Source: a virus | Taxonomy: Duplodnaviria > Caudoviricetes | DNA length: 64,000 nucleotides | Virus record (IMG/VR): IMGVR_UViG_3300021255_002539 | Coordinates: 128,001-192,000 of that record | Reading direction: 5' to 3' (one strand) | Part shown: positions 62,254 to 64,000 of the stretch, in pieces | How the letters are laid out: every line of letters starts with the position of its first letter | Numbering within the stretch: the first letter of the stretch is position 1 | Notes under the pieces: model-generated | Database searches by the model: none | What the model saw: the letters and a program-made list of their open reading frames with translations, nothing else | What the model was told of the DNA's origin: nothing | Translations under genes and position numbers: made by a program

Positions 62254-62697
62254 TCAGTCGATGAAGTAGACAGAAAGGTTTACAGCATATTTGTTCACAC
62301 TGGCATCTCCAGGAAAAGAAAATATCAAACTGTCGTTTGAATCCAGGAATATTGGGAATGTCTCACCAATGTTGTTACTCAACCAAGTGTCCAACAGTAG
62401 GTGCTTGCCGTAGTTTTCGTTGCCGACATCTTTTTCGTTCGCATATACGAATATGTGCCTAGTTGAACCTGTGTCGTTGTGTATTCTGGTGTAGACGATG
62501 CACTTGCGACCAGGAGTCCAAGTGTGATCCCCACCTGTGTTGAAGCCTGGGATTTCAGATGAGCATCCTCCATCACTGGCATATAGGAACTTGTGTTTTG
62601 CCATGTCGTCGTAGTCTGGGAACGACATCTTCTTGTCCATGTCTTCGGACTATGGGATTGGTGCTGTGGTTGATAGTTCGTTGAAGTTTGTTGCCAT
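62254..62697 (-). CDS. Hypothetical tail-associated protein (1 TAG read as Gln)
   Basis: ATG 62697 follows the fibre stop; TAG 62650 is in frame with ORF 62254-62640. Confidence 0.55.
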
Positions 62698-62699
62698 TG

Positions 62700-64000
62700 T
62701 CAGTTGCCTCCATGGTTTTGCTCAGATGGGTTGTTTATCACGGTTCCACCAAATGCCCTCACGCACGCTGCTATTGCGTCCATGAAGCCTTGGGCTGTGG
62801 CGAAGTTGAATTCCTGACCAACGAGATCCTTGGTGGCGCATTCTTTACCGTCTATGGTTAGCTCTTCCACCTCTATTTCGTCTGTGGTTACGCCATCCTC
62901 CGCCAGTTCCTCCTTCGTGACAATCTCCTTGTCCAGATTGGATGTTGGTATCTTGCCATTGCCATCCACAATAGTCGTGTCCATGAACCTGAGAGAGTTG
63001 GACTGGTCGTTCGCCCTGGTCGAGAAGCCAATTTGCGTGGCTCCCTCCGCTGATGCCCTGGCCCCTTGTCCAATCGCAATCGAATCCTATGCTGTGGCCT
63101 GCGTAGGTGTGTTGTCACTGTACTTTCTGACACCTATGGCAATTGCTCCATCTGCAGTAGTTGTTGAATAGTCTCCAAGTGCAAGTTGGCGGGTCTTTAC
63201 ACTTGAGATTTGGGTGGACATTCCAATCCTCATGCTCTGCTTGCTGTCGTTGAACTCCATGTTCGCGGATGGAATGTTGCTGTCTACTGGATTGCCATTT
63301 GAATCCAGAGATGCGAGGTGGCCTGTGTGTCCCGTGCCAGCATTGATGGCAATGTCGGTATACGGGATGAACCTGATAGGCGTCATGGTACTATTGTCGA
63401 AAATGGAGATTTGAAACTCACCAAATTGAACTGTTTTTAGCCGCGAGATATCATGGAATACAAGGGTACCATCCATCGTCAGCGTTCCTGTCGCAGTCCC
63501 GTCGCTCTTGTCGAGCTTGCCCTCTAGAGCATCACTTATCTTCGTGGTGTCCTCTGCACTGACCGCGATGTCCTCGCCAGTCAGCTCCTCCCACGAGTAG
63601 AACTGAGCAGTGGCGATTGGCACGATGTTCGACCTTATGAAGTAGAAGTCTGGGTTGGAAGCACCCGATGGCAGAGAATACGCCGACATTCCGAAGTTTA
63701 CTGCGTCTCCTTCTGGTGTCTCTGAGAAGTCGAGTGTATAGTAGTTGCCACTTGACGCAAGTTCAACTGACCTTGGGAAGCTGAACACGACATCTGTGTT
63801 GGCAGTGTCGGGCCACACCGTCAGATTCGAAACCCCCAACACTTGCCCATCTGAGTACCTCTTGATTCGCATGTAGACCCCCTGTGGGAATGGGGTGCGT
63901 ATCGTGCTTCTGGTCCTGAGGACGATTCCCTTGAAGAGGTCTCCGTCCCTCATACCGAAGTACCTTGGTCGGAAGTATATAGGGTTGTTCGATGATCCCT
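62700..64000 (-). CDS. Tail fibre/adhesin with YadA-head-like repeats (5' partial; 1 TAG read as Gln)
   Basis: Open from the window edge. GAIAIG, TA*DSIAIG and GATQIG repeats span TAG 63087, joining two ORFs in frame. Confidence 0.65.

Noticed and set aside
1-64000. tRNA genes, including an amber suppressor, and self-splicing introns
   Set aside because: No cloverleaf or intron-like interruption was recognised by eye; a tRNAscan/Infernal run is needed to be sure.

Overview
This window is a 64-kb piece of a large T4-superfamily (jumbo-type) myophage genome. It carries gp47-like nuclease, gp61 primase, UvsX, UvsY, gp32 SSB, gp5-like hub, gp13 neck, two tail-sheath paralogues, a tape-measure-like protein and a tail fibre. 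The phage reads TAG as Gln (code 15): about 30 in-frame TAGs join the ORF-track fragments into full genes, mostly late/virion genes, while the replication and NAD genes contain none. Reading through TAG reveals a hidden late cluster at 32.9-43.2 kb. It centres on a 1599-aa polyprotein with three Pol-beta-type nucleotidyltransferase domains, a KxDG ligase-like domain and an HxGH nucleotidyltransferase. Beside it lie a divergent NTase-nuclease fusion, a nuclease-WYL fusion and a zincin, and their domain junctions carry prohead-protease-like (hydrophobic)-x-E|S/G/A motifs, suggesting virion-packaged, processed, injected effectors. Other highlights are a four-enzyme NAD+ module (PncA, Prs/Adps-like, Nampt/Namat-like with an Asp-to-Ser nicotinate-type switch, NadE; no NadD in the cluster), a RuvC-dead TnpB-like gene followed by about 740 nt of structured non-coding DNA, a phage LpxR lipid A deacylase, IF-1, and three promoter classes. 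All calls come from motifs read by eye; no database search was run.
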